Assembly: GCF_001194135.2 (NCBI RefSeq)
Contig: NC_068982.1
Span: forward strand, 70,337,790-70,382,089
DNA: 44,300 bases
Direction of reading: 5' to 3'
Source: Octopus bimaculoides
Lineage: Eukaryota
Position 1 is the stretch's first letter. Each line of letters begins with the position of its first letter. The position numbers and the translations under genes are program-made. The notes beneath the pieces were generated by a model, which was given only the letters and a program-made list of their open reading frames with translations, was not told the origin of the DNA and searched no databases. Shown here piece by piece: positions 1 through 12,798 of the stretch.

Positions 1-182
1 TAGTATATATAAATATATAATTTAGAGCAAAAAAAACCAAAGTTCATGAATTCATCCATGAAAATCCACAGTCAAATATAGAAAAAAAATTAATAAGTAA
101 ATACACGATGAATAAGTATAATAAAATACAAAGTAAAAATCATAAAATAATAATAATAATATAAAATAAAATAATAATAATG

Positions 183-225
<43 letters not shown>

Positions 226-358
226 TTATGATTTTTACTTTGTATTTTATACTTATTCATCGTGTATTTACTTATTAATTTTTTGTATATGTGACTGGAT
301 TTTTATGGATGAATTCATGAACTTTGCTTTTTTTCTTTAATTTATATATCATATACTG
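1..358. mobile_element. Fold-back element/MITE with central (AAT)n/(TTA)n microsatellite
   Basis: Bases 1-180 are a near reverse complement of 183-358 (e.g. aaagttcatgaattcatcca / tggatgaattcatgaacttt; aataagtaaatacacgatgaataagtata / tatacttattcatcgtgtatttacttatt). The right end is ...atactg. The left end may be cut by the window edge. Confidence 0.8.
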
Positions 359-448
359 TGAAACTTAATTCAATTTTTAATTTTTGATAGATTGAATTTA
401 ATTGAGTTTTTAGCTCTAAATTTGGAGTTTATTCCTAATATTATTATC

Positions 449-449
<1 letters not shown>

Positions 450-488
<39 letters not shown>
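450..488. repeat. (TA)n microsatellite. Others: (TA)n near 25490-25525, 39436-39475 and 44258-44300; (CA)n 27329-27405; (TCAA)n 11100-11121
   Basis: Directly visible simple repeats. Confidence 0.95.
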
Positions 489-492
<4 letters not shown>

Positions 493-570
493 AAACCTTG
501 TAAATATTGGATATTGCATTATTTTTCAATAATTTTTAGAATTTTTAAATTTTAACTTTTACCCTGACAG

Positions 571-932
571 AAAAAACGCCAAGCAGAACTTGCAGAAGAA
601 AAGAGACGACTGGAGGAGATCAAAGAGAAGCAGCGTATTGAAGAACAAGCACAAGCTGATAAACTGAAACAAGAAGCTGAAGAACGTTGGTTACGAGCTC
701 AAGAAGAACGGTATAGAAATGATGAAATACAGCTTCTTAAAAACAAAGACTCAGAAAATGTATCTTTAGGTCCACTTGTAGATTTAGGACCTGAATCTCA
801 TTTAGCTGAACCAGAGGAACTTGCCCCATTCTGTAATTCAACAGAAACCGGTAGACCATCTACTGTTAAACCATCAGTGCCACCCCGGGATTTGAAGAAG
901 AATCTTGATGCAAACTCTAGCAACGCTTCCAG
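571..932 (+). CDS. STAMBP: STAMBP/AMSH internal coding exon (coiled-coil and linker region); upstream exons lie outside the window
   Basis: Acceptor ctgacAG at 569-570 and donor ag|GTagaa at 933. The frame is open for 120 codons + 2 nt (KKRQAELAEEKRRLEEIKEKQRIEEQ...PSVPPRDLKKNLDANSSNAS). The phase-2 end matches the phase of the 4471 exon. Assignment rests on phase continuity and position rather than a diagnostic motif. Confidence 0.8.
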
Positions 933-2392
933 GTAGAAACTAATGTGTCGACACTGTCTAATGGATTAACTCTCCTAGTCAAAACCCTTCCAATATTTAT
1001 CCTTTCCTTGTCTTTTAAGTATTTAAATATTTTGGCTGTCTTCATTCTGGTTGCTGAATTTGATAAAAGTTCCAATGTTTTATGCAGTTTAGATCTCATT
1101 TTGACTCCATAGAAGGAAGAATGTAGATTTTAAGTCAACGTATTTTGTAGGTATATTTTGGGCCTGTTAACACCTAACATTTGTGCTATAAATTATATGA
1201 TTTTTCAAATTGGCACAAGGCACAGGTACAGCTGTGTGTTTGAAAAGTTTGCTTTTCAACCACATGATCTCAGGTTCAGTTCCACTGTGCAGCTTCTTGA
1301 GCAACTGTCCCCTGCTGTAGCTGTAGGCTGACTAAAGCTTTGTGAGTGTATTTGGTGAACGAAAACTGAAAGAAGCCCAATCACACATACGTTTGTGTGT
1401 GTGTGTGTTGTCTTGACATTGCATGACAGGAAGAGCTTTTGGCTTGAATAAATCTGTCTTCATGAATTCCATCTGACCCATGCAAGCACTGAAATGGGAA
1501 TATTAAAATCTTGATAATGATAATGATCACATGTTTTGAAGTGAGGTGATGTGCAATTAATTGTAAAAACTCCAGAGCATGATTGATACTTATTTTATCA
1601 GCTTTGGGTACATGAAGGTTAAAGTGTTTAGATTCTCAAAATATATCATATTAGAAATTTTTCAATTGTACTTGACCACGTGATGAAAGCAAAACAATTG
1701 TGCTGTAGTGGTGGTCATGATAGCCGTTTAGAGCACATATACTTACTGTATATACAAATTTCTTTCATAATTAGTGCTTGTGGTTATGAAGCTCACTTCG
1801 CAGCCACATGGTTGAGAAGTTCATTCCCACTGTATGGCACAATAGCAAGTGTTTTCTACTGTAGCCCTCAACCAACCAAAGCTTTCTGAATGGATTTGGT
1901 AGATGGAAACTGAAAGTTGCTCTCTCTCTCTCTCTTTCTGTATATATATATATACATATATACACACACGATATATATACATGTGTGTGTACATCCTTGT
2001 ATTGATGTGTGTTAGTTATAAACAAGTGTCACTTTCATGCCAGCTCTGTCAGTTGTTCATCTCCAGTCTTCCTTGTAAACGTGTCTGGTTATGGTGAAAT
2101 ATTGCTTTGCATAGAAACAAATGAAATTAGCAACAGGAAGGGCATTGAATTATAGGAAATCTGTCTCAACAAATTTTGTCTGTGTCCTAGAAGCATGGAA
2201 AAGTCGACATGGAAACAGCAATGATGATTATTATATATTACTGTTAAAATAATATTGCCATGCATCTCCAATTTGGTCAGACCATAGATGCATGAAAAAA
2301 CTACTTGCTTCTTAATAATGTATAATAATATTATGGAAAACAAAAAGGCGAACGTTGTAGTAAATGTGTATTAAATGGCTATAGGCTATATA

Positions 2393-2562
2393 GGCGCAGG
2401 AGTGGCTGTGTGGTAAGTGGCTTGCTTACCAACCACATGGTTCCGGGTTCAGTCCCACTGCGTGGCACCTTGGGCAAGTGTCTTCTACTGTAGCCTCAGG
2501 CCGACCAAAGCCTTGTGAGTGGATTTGGTAGACGGAAACTGAAAGAAGCCCGTTGTATATAT

Positions 2563-2596
<34 letters not shown>

Positions 2597-2806
2597 TTGT
2601 GTGTTTGTGTTTGTCCCCCCACCATCGCTTGACAACCGATGCTGGTGTATTTACGTTCCCGTAACTTAGCGGTTTGGCAAAAAGAGACCGATAGAATAAG
2701 TACTAGGCTTACAAAGAATAAGTCCTGGGGTCGATTTGCTCGACTGAAGGCGGTGCTCCAGCATGGCTGCAGTCAAATGACTGAAACAAGTAAAAGAGTA
2801 AAAGAG
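2393..2806 (+). mobile_element. tRNA-derived SINE, family A (internal TA/TG microsatellite), near full length
   Basis: Head ggcgcaggagtggctgtgtggtaag...ggttccgggttcagtccc with A/B-box-like motifs; tail (gtaaaaga)n. Many related copies occur in the window. Confidence 0.85.
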
Positions 2807-2989
2807 ATAGGACTCTTCCACAATGCAATGGTATTATCTGGGATATTCAGTTTTATAGTAATAATGATTTCTGATTTAGCTACAAGGTGTGGAGCAAATT
2901 GATTACTCTGAACTCCCACACTCTACAGCTACTTTACTTTCATCCTTTCTGAGTGAAAGCAATGTTGACCTTAATGAAGTTTGACTAAA

Positions 2990-3204
2990 TAACCCTTCCT
3001 ATTATAGGCACATAGCCTGAAATTTGGGAGGAAGGGACTAGTCAATTATAGTGGTTCAAGTACTCAACTGGCACTAATTTTATCTAACCCAAAAGGATGA
3101 AAGCAAAGTCGACCTTGGTGGGATTTGAGTCCAGACCCTAAAGAGCTGGAAGAAATGCCACTAAGCATTTTGTCTGGCATGCTAATGATTTCGCCAGCTT
3201 GCCA
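2990..3204 (-). mobile_element. tRNA-derived SINE, family C (diverged; related copies near 12030, 20130, 38080 and 43580)
   Basis: The shared segment ggatgaaagcaaagtcgacc(t/c)(t/c)ggtgg(g/a)atttga recurs at about 3095 and 43630. Confidence 0.6.
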
Positions 3205-4470
3205 TAAGAATGATAATAATGGGTTCCAGTTAGACAGAAAACCATAGTTTTTAGGGGAGGTGTTTTGTCAGTACTGTTGACTCCATTATTAACTCATTTG
3301 TGATGTTATGTTAAAGTATCATCATTGTCATTTTAATATCCATTTTTCCATGCTTGCATTGGTTCAGACAGAATTTAAGGTTTTACTTGTTTCCAAGCAA
3401 GATAATACTTTCCAAGTGGGAACAAGGGACTGCATTTGTATGAAAGTGATGCTCATTTACAACTATTGTGCGATGTCAAGGTAAGGAGGCACTTACACAC
3501 ACACATAAACATACATAGTTATCTTCTTTCAGTTTCCATCTATGAATCCACTCACAAGGCCTTGATTGGCTCAGGACTAAACACTTAAGGTACTATGCCT
3601 AAAACCATTTGGTTGGGAAGCACACTACTACATCTAAATTTGCAGTAGTGTCAAATGTAATCTCTGTGTGCATTTTCATTCTTTGCATACTGTGCATTTT
3701 CATTCTTTTTTAATAAACAAAAGTTATTTCTTGTTTAGTCAGTATATTTTATTTTACTGAAAGAATTTTCTGTGGAACTAGCAAAAACTCCTGGTCAAAT
3801 TCTATTCTGTAATATATTCCATTCATTTTGGAAAGGCTTTTCAGATCTCAGGTTGCTGATTGAATACCCAGTTCTATGTGTATTGTTTTTATAATTTTTA
3901 TTATATGATCTGAAAATAATAAAATATTTATTTAGAAACTTTATTGATGAAGAAAGCAATAAAGTTTTTTTCATAGTTGATATATTTGACACAAACAGTT
4001 GATTAGAAGAATAATTATTTCTTTTTCTATAGTTGGTGTTTGTTTTGCTTCTAATCAGCTTTGATTGAATAGATTTATGAATAGAGATGTTGTAGTCATG
4101 ACTCTCTAGTCATTTTTTGTATATTTTGGATTATTTGTCGAATTTATTCTTCCTTTTTTCCTATATGGTAGAGTGATTTGAGGAAACATTTGTAGCTAGG
4201 TTAGACAACTGCATTGAAGCTTGTTTATGTTGAACGATAAGGACTTGACAAAAACTAAGTTGTTTATGTAGATTAGCAATGTTTTCTTAATTTCCTCTTC
4301 TACATTCCACCTATTTTTTTCTCACTTGCTCCTTAGCTTATAACTTTCATAACCTTTGCTTGTCTCTTTCCATGATTTTTTCTTTTTTTCTTTTAGATCT
4401 TGTCAGCATCACCTCACAAAGTAATTTCAATATGTATATTTAATTCTATTTTCTTTTTATACTTTCTCAG

Positions 4471-4669
4471 TCCTTCTACTCCACCTTCAGTAGACCGAAG
4501 CACAAAACCCAGCATCAATCATTTAACAAGCATAGGATCCACTGACAGTAGTATTTATGGCCTCCGAACTATGATGGTACCTTCTCAGTTGTCAGAGAAG
4601 TTTTTGGAAATTGCGAGGGCAAACACTGCAGCAAATATAGAAACTTGTGGCATTTTAGCTGGGAAATTG
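4471..4669 (+). CDS. STAMBP: STAMBP exon: STAM SH3-binding motif and start of the JAMM/MPN+ domain
   Basis: tttctcAG|...ttg|GTgagt. Translates (S)PSTPPSVDRSTKPSINHL...YGLRTMMVPSQLSEKFLEIARANTAANIETCGILAGKL. PSVDRSTKP fits the AMSH PxV(D/N)RxxKP motif, and ETCGIL carries the JAMM catalytic Glu. Confidence 0.95.
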
Positions 4670-4853
4670 GTGAGTTTAATTCCATCAAATAGCTGTGTGG
4701 TTAAGCAGTTTGTTTCTTTACACATGCTTTTGAATTTAAACAAATGTCTCCTGCTGTAGCCACAGGCTGACCAAAGCCTTGCAGGCAGATTTCGTTTAAA
4801 AATCTGGTGTGTGTAAGTGTGTACGTTTATATATTTATATATATTACATTCCA

Positions 4854-5355
4854 CTTGCGAAGACCTGTTGAGGCAAGTGAAATCGAAATCGAGTTAAATT
4901 TGACGACTGGCACCCATGCCAAAGTCGTCTCCCTCATTGGACACGAAACTCAGCTTGCGAAGACTTATTGGGGCAAGCAAAAGCGAAATTGTGATGGCAC
5001 CTGTGCCCAGCGACGCCTTTCTGGCACTTGTGCCGGCGGCATGTGTAAGGACTTTCGAGCGAGTTCGTTGCCAGTGTCCCTGGACTGGCTCTTGTGCAGG
5101 TGGCACATAAAATACACCATTTTGAGCATGGCCGTTGCCAGTACCGCCTGACTGGCCTTCGTGCCGGTGGCATGTAAAAGCACCCACTACACTCTCTGTG
5201 TGGTTTGCGTTAGGAAGGGCATCTAGCTGTAGAAACTCTGCCAAATCAGATTGGAGCCTGGTGTAGCCATCTGATTTCACCAGTCCTCAGTCAAATCGTC
5301 CAACCCATGCTAGCATGAAAAGTGGACGTTAAACGACGATGATGATGATGATGAT
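4854..5355 (+). mobile_element. Non-coding retroposon (SINE-like) with an RTE-LINE-derived 3' end and (GAT)n tail
   Basis: From about 5061 on it is nearly identical to the 3' UTR of the RTE fragment at 15805-16315. The 5' part is different and has a 100-bp-spaced direct repeat (cttgcgaagac at 4854 and 4954). Confidence 0.75.
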
Positions 5356-6643
5356 ATTTGGATTGGCATGGTTGCATGGTTAAGAAGCTTTCTTCCTCAC
5401 CATGTGGTCTCTGGTTCATTCCCAGTGTGTGGCACTTTGAGCAAATGTCTTGCGAGTGGATTTGGTAGACTGAAACCAAAAGAAGCCCATTGTATATGTT
5501 TGACTGTATGTTTGACTGTATGTGTGTACCCTTGTCTTAACGTTGTGAGATGGTTGTAAACAAGCATCACCATCATACAAGCAGTGTTGTTTGGTTTCAG
5601 TCTTTCATGAAAAACATATCAGGTCATGGAAAATATGACCTTGCTTCAAAACCAGTAATTGTTAGCAACTGCTTGTAGAAAATCTGCCTCAACAAATTCC
5701 TTATGACTCCTGCAAACATGGAAAAGTGGATGTTAAGATAACAATGAAGTTTGAATTACTTTGGAAGTTGTGTTCCTTTTAAAATGTTGCTTATCATGAT
5801 GCATCATCAGCATTGTAAGATCCTCTCTTTCATATTGGCCTAAGTTGGATAGGATTTGTTGAGGCAGACTTTTCTGCAGCTGGATGCGCTTTGTCACCAA
5901 CCTTTGTTTCCAAGCAAGATGTTTCCCCTCATAATAGAAGATGCTGACTTCTTGGCAATAAATCGGTTTTTAGAGAGAAGTTAGAGCTTTTACATGAATG
6001 CTGTATAAAACGAATGTAAATGGTGCATGCATCATTCTTCATGTGTAACACATCTGAGTTTTGGATATATTTGTATTTTATTAAGGGTTGGTCGCTGGAG
6101 CTGAAGTATATTCAATTCTTTTAATAAGAAACCCAGCCTTCATCAGCTCCTGACTATAGAATTAATGTAGGATTACTATAAGAGGATATTGTAGAGTTCC
6201 AGATTTTGTACAGACTGGAATGATCTCAACAGTGCATTGTTGATGAGTAGGCCAGTTGTCTATAACAGTTTCTTTTTGCACTGTTATACGAAATGAAGTT
6301 GACAATGTTTATGATGTCTCTCTTTAATGAAAATATGTAGAAGATACTAGGGTTGTACAACTACCATTTTCCAGACGGGTTTATACAACAGCAGGTGTGT
6401 AATAGACAATGCGTAGGTGATCATTGTCCATGACAGTCAAAAATGATTAAATTGAAAGCTGTGAAAATGACTGAGATTTAGAGTACACTCTCGTTGATAC
6501 AGTTGGTGTCAGAGAGCTCAGTTGATGCAAACTACCAATCCCAGTATTAATTGTAAGGTTAGTGGTGATGGGGAGCCCTGTCAGTAAATTCCCATTGAAA
6601 GATACAATTGCTTTCATTTAAATCTATAAAATTCTGATTTCAG

Positions 6644-6781
6644 CGTCAAAACAACTTCCACATCACGCATGTATTGGTTCCTAAACAAACTGGGACATCA
6701 GACACATGTACAACACTAAAAGAAGAAGAATTATTTGATTACATAGACTCTCATGACCTCATTACTTTTGGATGGATCCAT
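6644..6781 (+). CDS. STAMBP: STAMBP exon, JAMM domain
   Basis: tttcAG|cgt...cat|GTaagt; 46 codons RQNNFHITHVLVPKQTGTSDTCTTLKEEELFDYIDSHDLITFGWIH. Confidence 0.96.
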
Positions 6782-7713
6782 GTAAGTAGGCAAACTGAAT
6801 TGTATTTTTTGTTGTTGCTAGGTTGGACAAGTTAAAAAAATTTTAAGCATTTTGGCCGAAATCATAGTCCTGGCCATTGCCAGTGTCATGTTGTTGGTAT
6901 CATATAAATGGAACCTGTGCTGGTGGCACATAAAAAGCACCCATTACGCTTTCAGAGTGGTTGGTGTTAAGAAGGGCATCCAGCCATAGAAACCATGCCA
7001 AATCAGACTGGAACCTGGTACAGCTCTCCAGCCTTAACCAGTTCCAGTGAAACTGTTCAACCCATGCCAGCATGGAAAGCAAACGTTCAATGATGAATGA
7101 TGATGCTTGTGACCTGATTGGAAATATTTTATAGTTAAAAACATTTCCTCTTACAAAATGTGAGCAGTAACTATTTTCTGAGACCATAATGAGGAATTCC
7201 CTCTAAAATAGATGTTACTGATTTTGTTTTTGAGAAGCTAGATTATCTTGTACTATCTTTTGCAATGCAAAAAAAGAAAAGCTTTCATACTTGACTGCAA
7301 ACAGAAGCTAAAGTGAATGTATGTATCATCTTTTAACATTTGTTTTCCCTGTTGGCATGGTGGATTTGACAGGATCTGGCAAGCTGCAGTACTGCGATGA
7401 GTCCACTTTCAATTTTGATGCCCCTCCTAATATTAACCACTTTATAGTGTGTACTGAGTGCTTCTCTTGTGCTACTAAGTAATTTGCAAGACAAAAAGAA
7501 CAGGGATAAAGAGGAAAATAATCCCTCAACTAAGTGTGTGTGTGTGAAATTCTTTGAGAAAGAGGAAGTGGTTTTACACCAGGTGTTTTGAGGGACAAAC
7601 ACAGGTGTCTTGTCATATAACCATATAATAACAGTTTACTTTTTTTTTATACTGTGTGATAAATTAACTTATTTGTATTTATTTTTCTTTCAATATTTTT
7701 TTTATTTATGAAG

Positions 7714-7826
7714 ACTCACCCGAGTCAAACAGCCTTCTTATCTAGTGTAGATCTACATACACATTGTTCTTACCAAATAATGATGCCAGAAGCTATTGCC
7801 ATTGTATGTTCACCAAAATACAATGA
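7714..7826 (+). CDS. STAMBP: STAMBP exon, JAMM Zn-binding motif
   Basis: aAG|act...ga|GTaagt; [37 protein letters not shown](E). With the preceding His this gives the intact motif H-T-H-x7-S-x2-D. Confidence 0.97.
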
Positions 7827-8757
7827 GTAAGTACAGAGACTTTCATAATGTGCATTATTATTGTTTTAACTCTGGTAATTTTTGAGTAAATCTATGATCA
7901 AAAGCAATCCGGCCATGATCATCCTATCTTTTCATGTCAGAGATTACATTGCTCAATGTTTACATTTTTATTTAATTCATTTGTTACCATAATTTCTTTC
8001 GAAATGCATTACTTTGATTTCAGTTAACTTTGAAAATAACAAAGAATTTAGTAAAATAACTTTGCCATTATTATTGAGCTGGTGTTTTGAACATAAGTTG
8101 AAATTTTAATGTAAGATTTTTAGTTCAGTTGAAAACAGAAAGTTTGTATAATAGAATCAAAGGTAGCCTTGAGTTTGTTGGTGTGCAAAGGGTTAAAGCA
8201 TGGAACGTGAAGTGTATTGTTGAAATAAAATTTATAAGAAATTAATTTTCAAAAGTTTAAACATTAATCTCTGGTTTAACATTTGATACATTTTCCCCTT
8301 TTCACTCTAATTAGCAAGAGGATTATCAAAAGGTTGAGAAGATATTCTCTTTCTAGATCACTTTGTATTCAGTATTACAAATTGATGATGCAATATTTTA
8401 TGTGGGTACCAATCTACAATGCACTACCATACTATTTAGGAGAGAGCAGGTGTTTCTCATTTTTTTTACTGCATGATACCTGGTGTTGATTGAGAACACA
8501 GTACAAAGCTTCTGATTGCAGAGAAACTTTTGACCTATCAGTAAATGGTCTGAAATAGTCATAAAACTCAGTAAATGTTTTCTTTTTCTTTTTTCATTTT
8601 CATAAGACACAAAACTAATATTGTAACTTTTATCTCCATTTAAGAAGTTACGACTGAGATAATAGAACAGAATTAAAGTTTAGCCTCTCTAGTGTGGATT
8701 AATAAATTGAATGAAATATATTTAATTTAATGTTATTATTCACTTATATTTCAACAG

Positions 8758-8860
8758 AACTGGTATTTTCATGTTAACTCCTGAACGAGGTTTACCACTT
8801 ATATCATCTTGTAAGGAAGCTGGCTTCCATGTACATCCCAAAGAACCACCTCTCTTCCAA
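8758..8860 (+). CDS. STAMBP: STAMBP exon, Ins-2 second-Zn loop
   Basis: tcaacAG|a act...caa|GTaagt; phase 2 matches the previous exon; [34 protein letters not shown], with C-x5-H-x-H ligands. Confidence 0.95.
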
Positions 8861-9443
8861 GTAAGTTCCTGTCATAAAATTGTTAATTCTATTCTTCATG
8901 GTACACTGTTTATCTGTTGTGAACTTGGTTGAATTCAGCGGAATATATATAAAGTAATAGACCACTTGTGTTCTGTGTAAATATCAATTTAAGGCTATTA
9001 TTCTAAAGTTCAAGAATCAACTTAATATTTACTGATGGGGAGATTCAATATTAAAAATAGTCTAATTTTGTTAGATTTCTGAGCAAGGCCTTAAATTGTT
9101 TCAGTTTAACTATAATAATACATAAGTTGTTTTGGTAATGTAACCAGTGAGCAACAAGTCTCATAATGAAGATTTGTATTTCATGTGAGTAATCCTCTTG
9201 AATCTAGGAGTGAATTATCCTTGATTCTTTTTTTTTTCTTCTGTATTTAAAAAAGTATCTAACAACTACCACAAAATGAATGTTCTAAATTCAGTGAACA
9301 GGTAGAGTATAACTACACTACTCAGCAGGAAATTTTTAGGGACATGATATAAATCAACATCGTTTTTATGTCCACTTTTCCTTGTTTGTAAGAGTTGGAT
9401 GGAATTTTATTGAGTTCAGTTTTCTAAGACAAGGAAACACAAA

Positions 9444-9949
9444 CAGGAGTAGCTGTGTGGTAGGTTGCTTGCTTACTAACCACATGGTTCGGGTTCATTC
9501 CCACTGCGTGGCACTTTGGGTGAGTGTCTTCTACTATAGTCTCGGGCCGACCAAAGCCTTGTGAGTGGATTTGGTAGACGGAAACTGAAAGAAGCCCGTC
9601 GTATATATGTATATATATGTATGTGTGCATGTATGTTTGTGTGTCTGTTTGTCCCCCCAGCATCGTTTGACAACTGATGCTGGTGTGTTTACGTCCCCGT
9701 AACTTAGCAGTTCGGCAAAAGAGACCGATAGAATANNNNNNNNNNTGTGTGTCTGTTTGTCCCCCCAGCATCGTTTGACAACTGATGCTGGTGTGTTTAC
9801 GTCCCCGTAACTTAGCAGTTCGGCAAAAGAGACCGATAGAATAAGTACTAGGCTTCCAAATAAGTCCCGGGGTCGATTTGCTCAACTAAAGGCGGTGCTC
9901 CAGCATGGCTGCAGTCAAATGACTGAAACGAGTAAAAGAGTAAAAAGAG
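9444..9949 (+). mobile_element. SINE family A copy spanning a 10-N gap
   Basis: High similarity to 2393-2806 along its whole length. Confidence 0.85.
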
Positions 9950-11010
9950 TATACATGTGTGTGTGTGTGTGTGTGTGATGGGCTTTTTTCAGTTTCTGCC
10001 TACCAAATACACTCACAAAGTTTTAGTTGGTCCAAAGCTGTGGTGGAAAACACTTACCCTAGGTGTCATGCAGTGGGATTGAACACAAAACCATGTGATT
10101 GGGAAACATTTCTTAATCACGCAGCCATACATTCACCTAAAAAAAAAAAGGGTGAGTCCAATGTCAACATGTGTTGAAAGATAAAAATCCTATTTAAGAA
10201 AATAAATAACATAAACAATTAAAGCATGGAAGATGCATATTAACTATTCAAAAGCACATAACTTAAATTTTGATACCAAATAAATGAATGTTCTAATGAT
10301 GTTGAATTTTGTGTTTTGGAATGGCTAATATGTGTCTTCTGCACTATAAGTTTTATTTTTCAACACCTAGTATCGGATTAAATCAGTTACTTGACATGTA
10401 TATCTCTAAAATTACAAATTCTGCAAAGGAAATATGCTTTTTTATACCCATGAAGTCATCATTTAACATCCACTTTCCATGCTGGCATGGGATGAATGCT
10501 TTGACATAACCCATTGATCCACAAGGTTGTACTGAGCTCCAATGTTGGCTTTGGTATGGTTTATATGGCTGGATACTTTTCCTAATGTCAGCCACTTTAC
10601 AGTATGTACTGTTCCTACCACTAGCATTAGTGACGTTGCCAAGTAACTTGCAAGACAAATGAACGGGAAAAGCCTCTTGAACTAAGTAGGGTTGGAGTAT
10701 TTGAGAGATGGTAATTTTATGTTGAGAAGCGAAAGTATGATAATACAAGTGTCTTGTTATAGAGGAGATACATGGCAATCCCACATTATGTAATGGTGGG
10801 GAGACTAGTTGGAAAGAATATAGATGTGGTGATGAGATGCCAGAGCAGCTTGAGATACAAGGTGTGTATGAAAGGGGTTATAGACAGTGGATCAGGGGAA
10901 GACAGGGAGGTTTCATAAATGTGGGAAGAAAGTAATAGATGGAGGTAAGGGTAGTTGAATGATAAGTTACTACTGTCTTGATTTTATAAATGTTGTTACT
11001 GTATTTTCAG

Positions 11011-11076
11011 ACCTGTGATCATGTTCAGCTGGTAGATGACCCCAATGTCATAGTGGCAGATTTACGAAATATATGA
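11011..11076 (+). CDS. STAMBP: STAMBP terminal coding exon
   Basis: tattttcAG|acc; TCDHVQLVDDPNVIVADLRNI* (TGA 11074-11076), matching the AMSH C-terminal DLR ending. Confidence 0.92.
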   Translation, partial: TCDHVQLVDDPNVIVADLRNI

Positions 11077-11522
11077 TGACAAAAAGTACACAAGGGAAAA
11101 ATCAATCAATCAATCAATCAAACTACAAAGAAAAGCTTTTGATCACCTGATCAGAATATGTGATATCAGCAGATAGAGGATTTTTTTCGTCTCTAATACT
11201 GAAAATAACTGTTGCAAAATATTTTTACATTTGCAATATGTCAACTTAAAAATAATATTGTATTCTAATGAAATTACATTTCTCAATTGCTTTGTATTTA
11301 AGAGTTTTTTATTAGTTTAATGGATTGTCCTTGGTCTTTGTATCATCAAGTAAGCTTTCAGCATGAATTTGTTTTATTTTCCTCATTAATTTTGTGAATG
11401 ACAGAATCATTGATTAATTATAGGTACACAAAGAACCAATCACTGGTTCTTTGTATTTCCAGTGATATGACAGGGGAGTGTTTGTGCAGGATGGTTTTGT
11501 ACAGGTTTATCAGTTTCAATTA

Positions 11523-11850
11523 AGCATGGCTGTGTGATAAGGAGTTTGCTTCTGGGTTAAGTCCCACTGTGTGGCACCTTGGACAAATGTCTTCTATGAC
11601 CTCGGGCCAACCAAAGCCTTGTGAGGGGATTTGGTAGACAGAAACTGGAAGAAGCCCATCATATATGTATATGTCCTCCTCTACCACTGCTTGACAACTG
11701 GTATTGGTGTGTTTACGTTCCCATAACTTAGCAGTTTGGCAAAAGAGACCAATAGAATAAGTACTAGGCTTAAAAAAAACAAAAGTCCTGGGATTGATCT
11801 GACTAAAACCCTTTAAGGTGGTGCCCCAGTATAATGACTGAAACAAAAGA
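11523..11850 (+). mobile_element. Diverged SINE family A copy downstream of the STAMBP stop codon
   Basis: Collinear matches to 2393-2806 (ccaaagccttgtgag, ttggcaaaagagacc, aataagtactaggct). Confidence 0.75.
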
Positions 11851-12490
11851 TATATTACATATCTTCCTCTCACCAACTCTTACCTGTTTCTAGGCAAGTT
11901 TTTACTTCCTCCTATGACCAGACATGTTTTCATGGACGATTGGGAACAAACAACACCACTTGTATACAACTATTATGTATGATGGGCTTCTCTATAGATA
12001 GATAAATTGAATATCAGAAAAATGCCATGTGATATTTTTTTCCCCCATGTTCTGAGTTCAAATCTCACCAAGGCCGCTTTGCCTGTCATATTTCCGGGAT
12101 CAATACTATACTTTCATCTTTCCAGGATTGATACTATAAATTACTAGTCAAAGTTGCGGTTTAATTGAATTAACTCCTCTTCAAAATTGCTGGTCTTTTG
12201 CATTAAATTATAAACATTTTTAAAGCAAGAGCTTGTGTTTTCAATTGCTTAAATGATTAAAAGGGTAGCAGTGTGAGTCTTATATCATTTAACACTTAAA
12301 GAAGAAAAAAGATATAAACATATCTGCATTTGATCAGTTGCCAAATAATCGATTGGAAGATGCATCACATTTTTATTTGTTCTTCTCTACCATATTATGC
12401 ACAGAAAAAAAAAAAAACCAAGGGAAGCGACTCTTGTGGAAGTTTTGATGTTGACTATTATTTTTAAAATAGACCATCTTGAGTAAAGTA

Positions 12491-12798
12491 CTGTATTTGA
12501 TGGCCTGTAAGATGCACCTTTTTTTTTTTTTTTAAACCCCAAAATGGCTTTAAAAATCCCCCTGCGTCCAATGCGCTCAATGTAGGCTCAAAACGGTATG
12601 TATGTTTACAAAACGTGTGCTGCTATCTATTTGTGAACAATTGCCTACAGTATGTTTATATCGAATGTGGATGCAATAAATTGTTTACAATTACCGGTAA
12701 TAATGTTATACAGGTAAGTGGAGGAATTAAAACATTTAGTGGTAATTTATTTTACAAAAGTATAGGCTGGAGTGCGTCCTATAGGCCATCAAATACGG
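12491..12798. mobile_element. Tc1/mariner-superfamily (pogo/Tigger-like) MITE
   Basis: 27-bp terminal inverted repeats at 12491-12517 and 12772-12798 (23/27 match), with TA on both flanks (12489-12490, 12799-12800). Confidence 0.85.

Noticed and set aside
4894-5280. Recurrent peptide MxxDGYTRLQSDLAEFLQLDALPNANH (also 15656-16246 and 32186-32413)
   Set aside because: It is the antisense translation of the RTE 3' UTR repeat, not a gene family.
6090-6155. Minus-strand CTGATGA as a hammerhead
   Set aside because: There is no GAAA after a closable stem II, so it cannot be folded into the motif.
9641-9843. Apparent tandem duplication of about 95 bp inside a SINE
   Set aside because: The two copies are identical and separated by a 10-N gap, the signature of an unmerged contig overlap.
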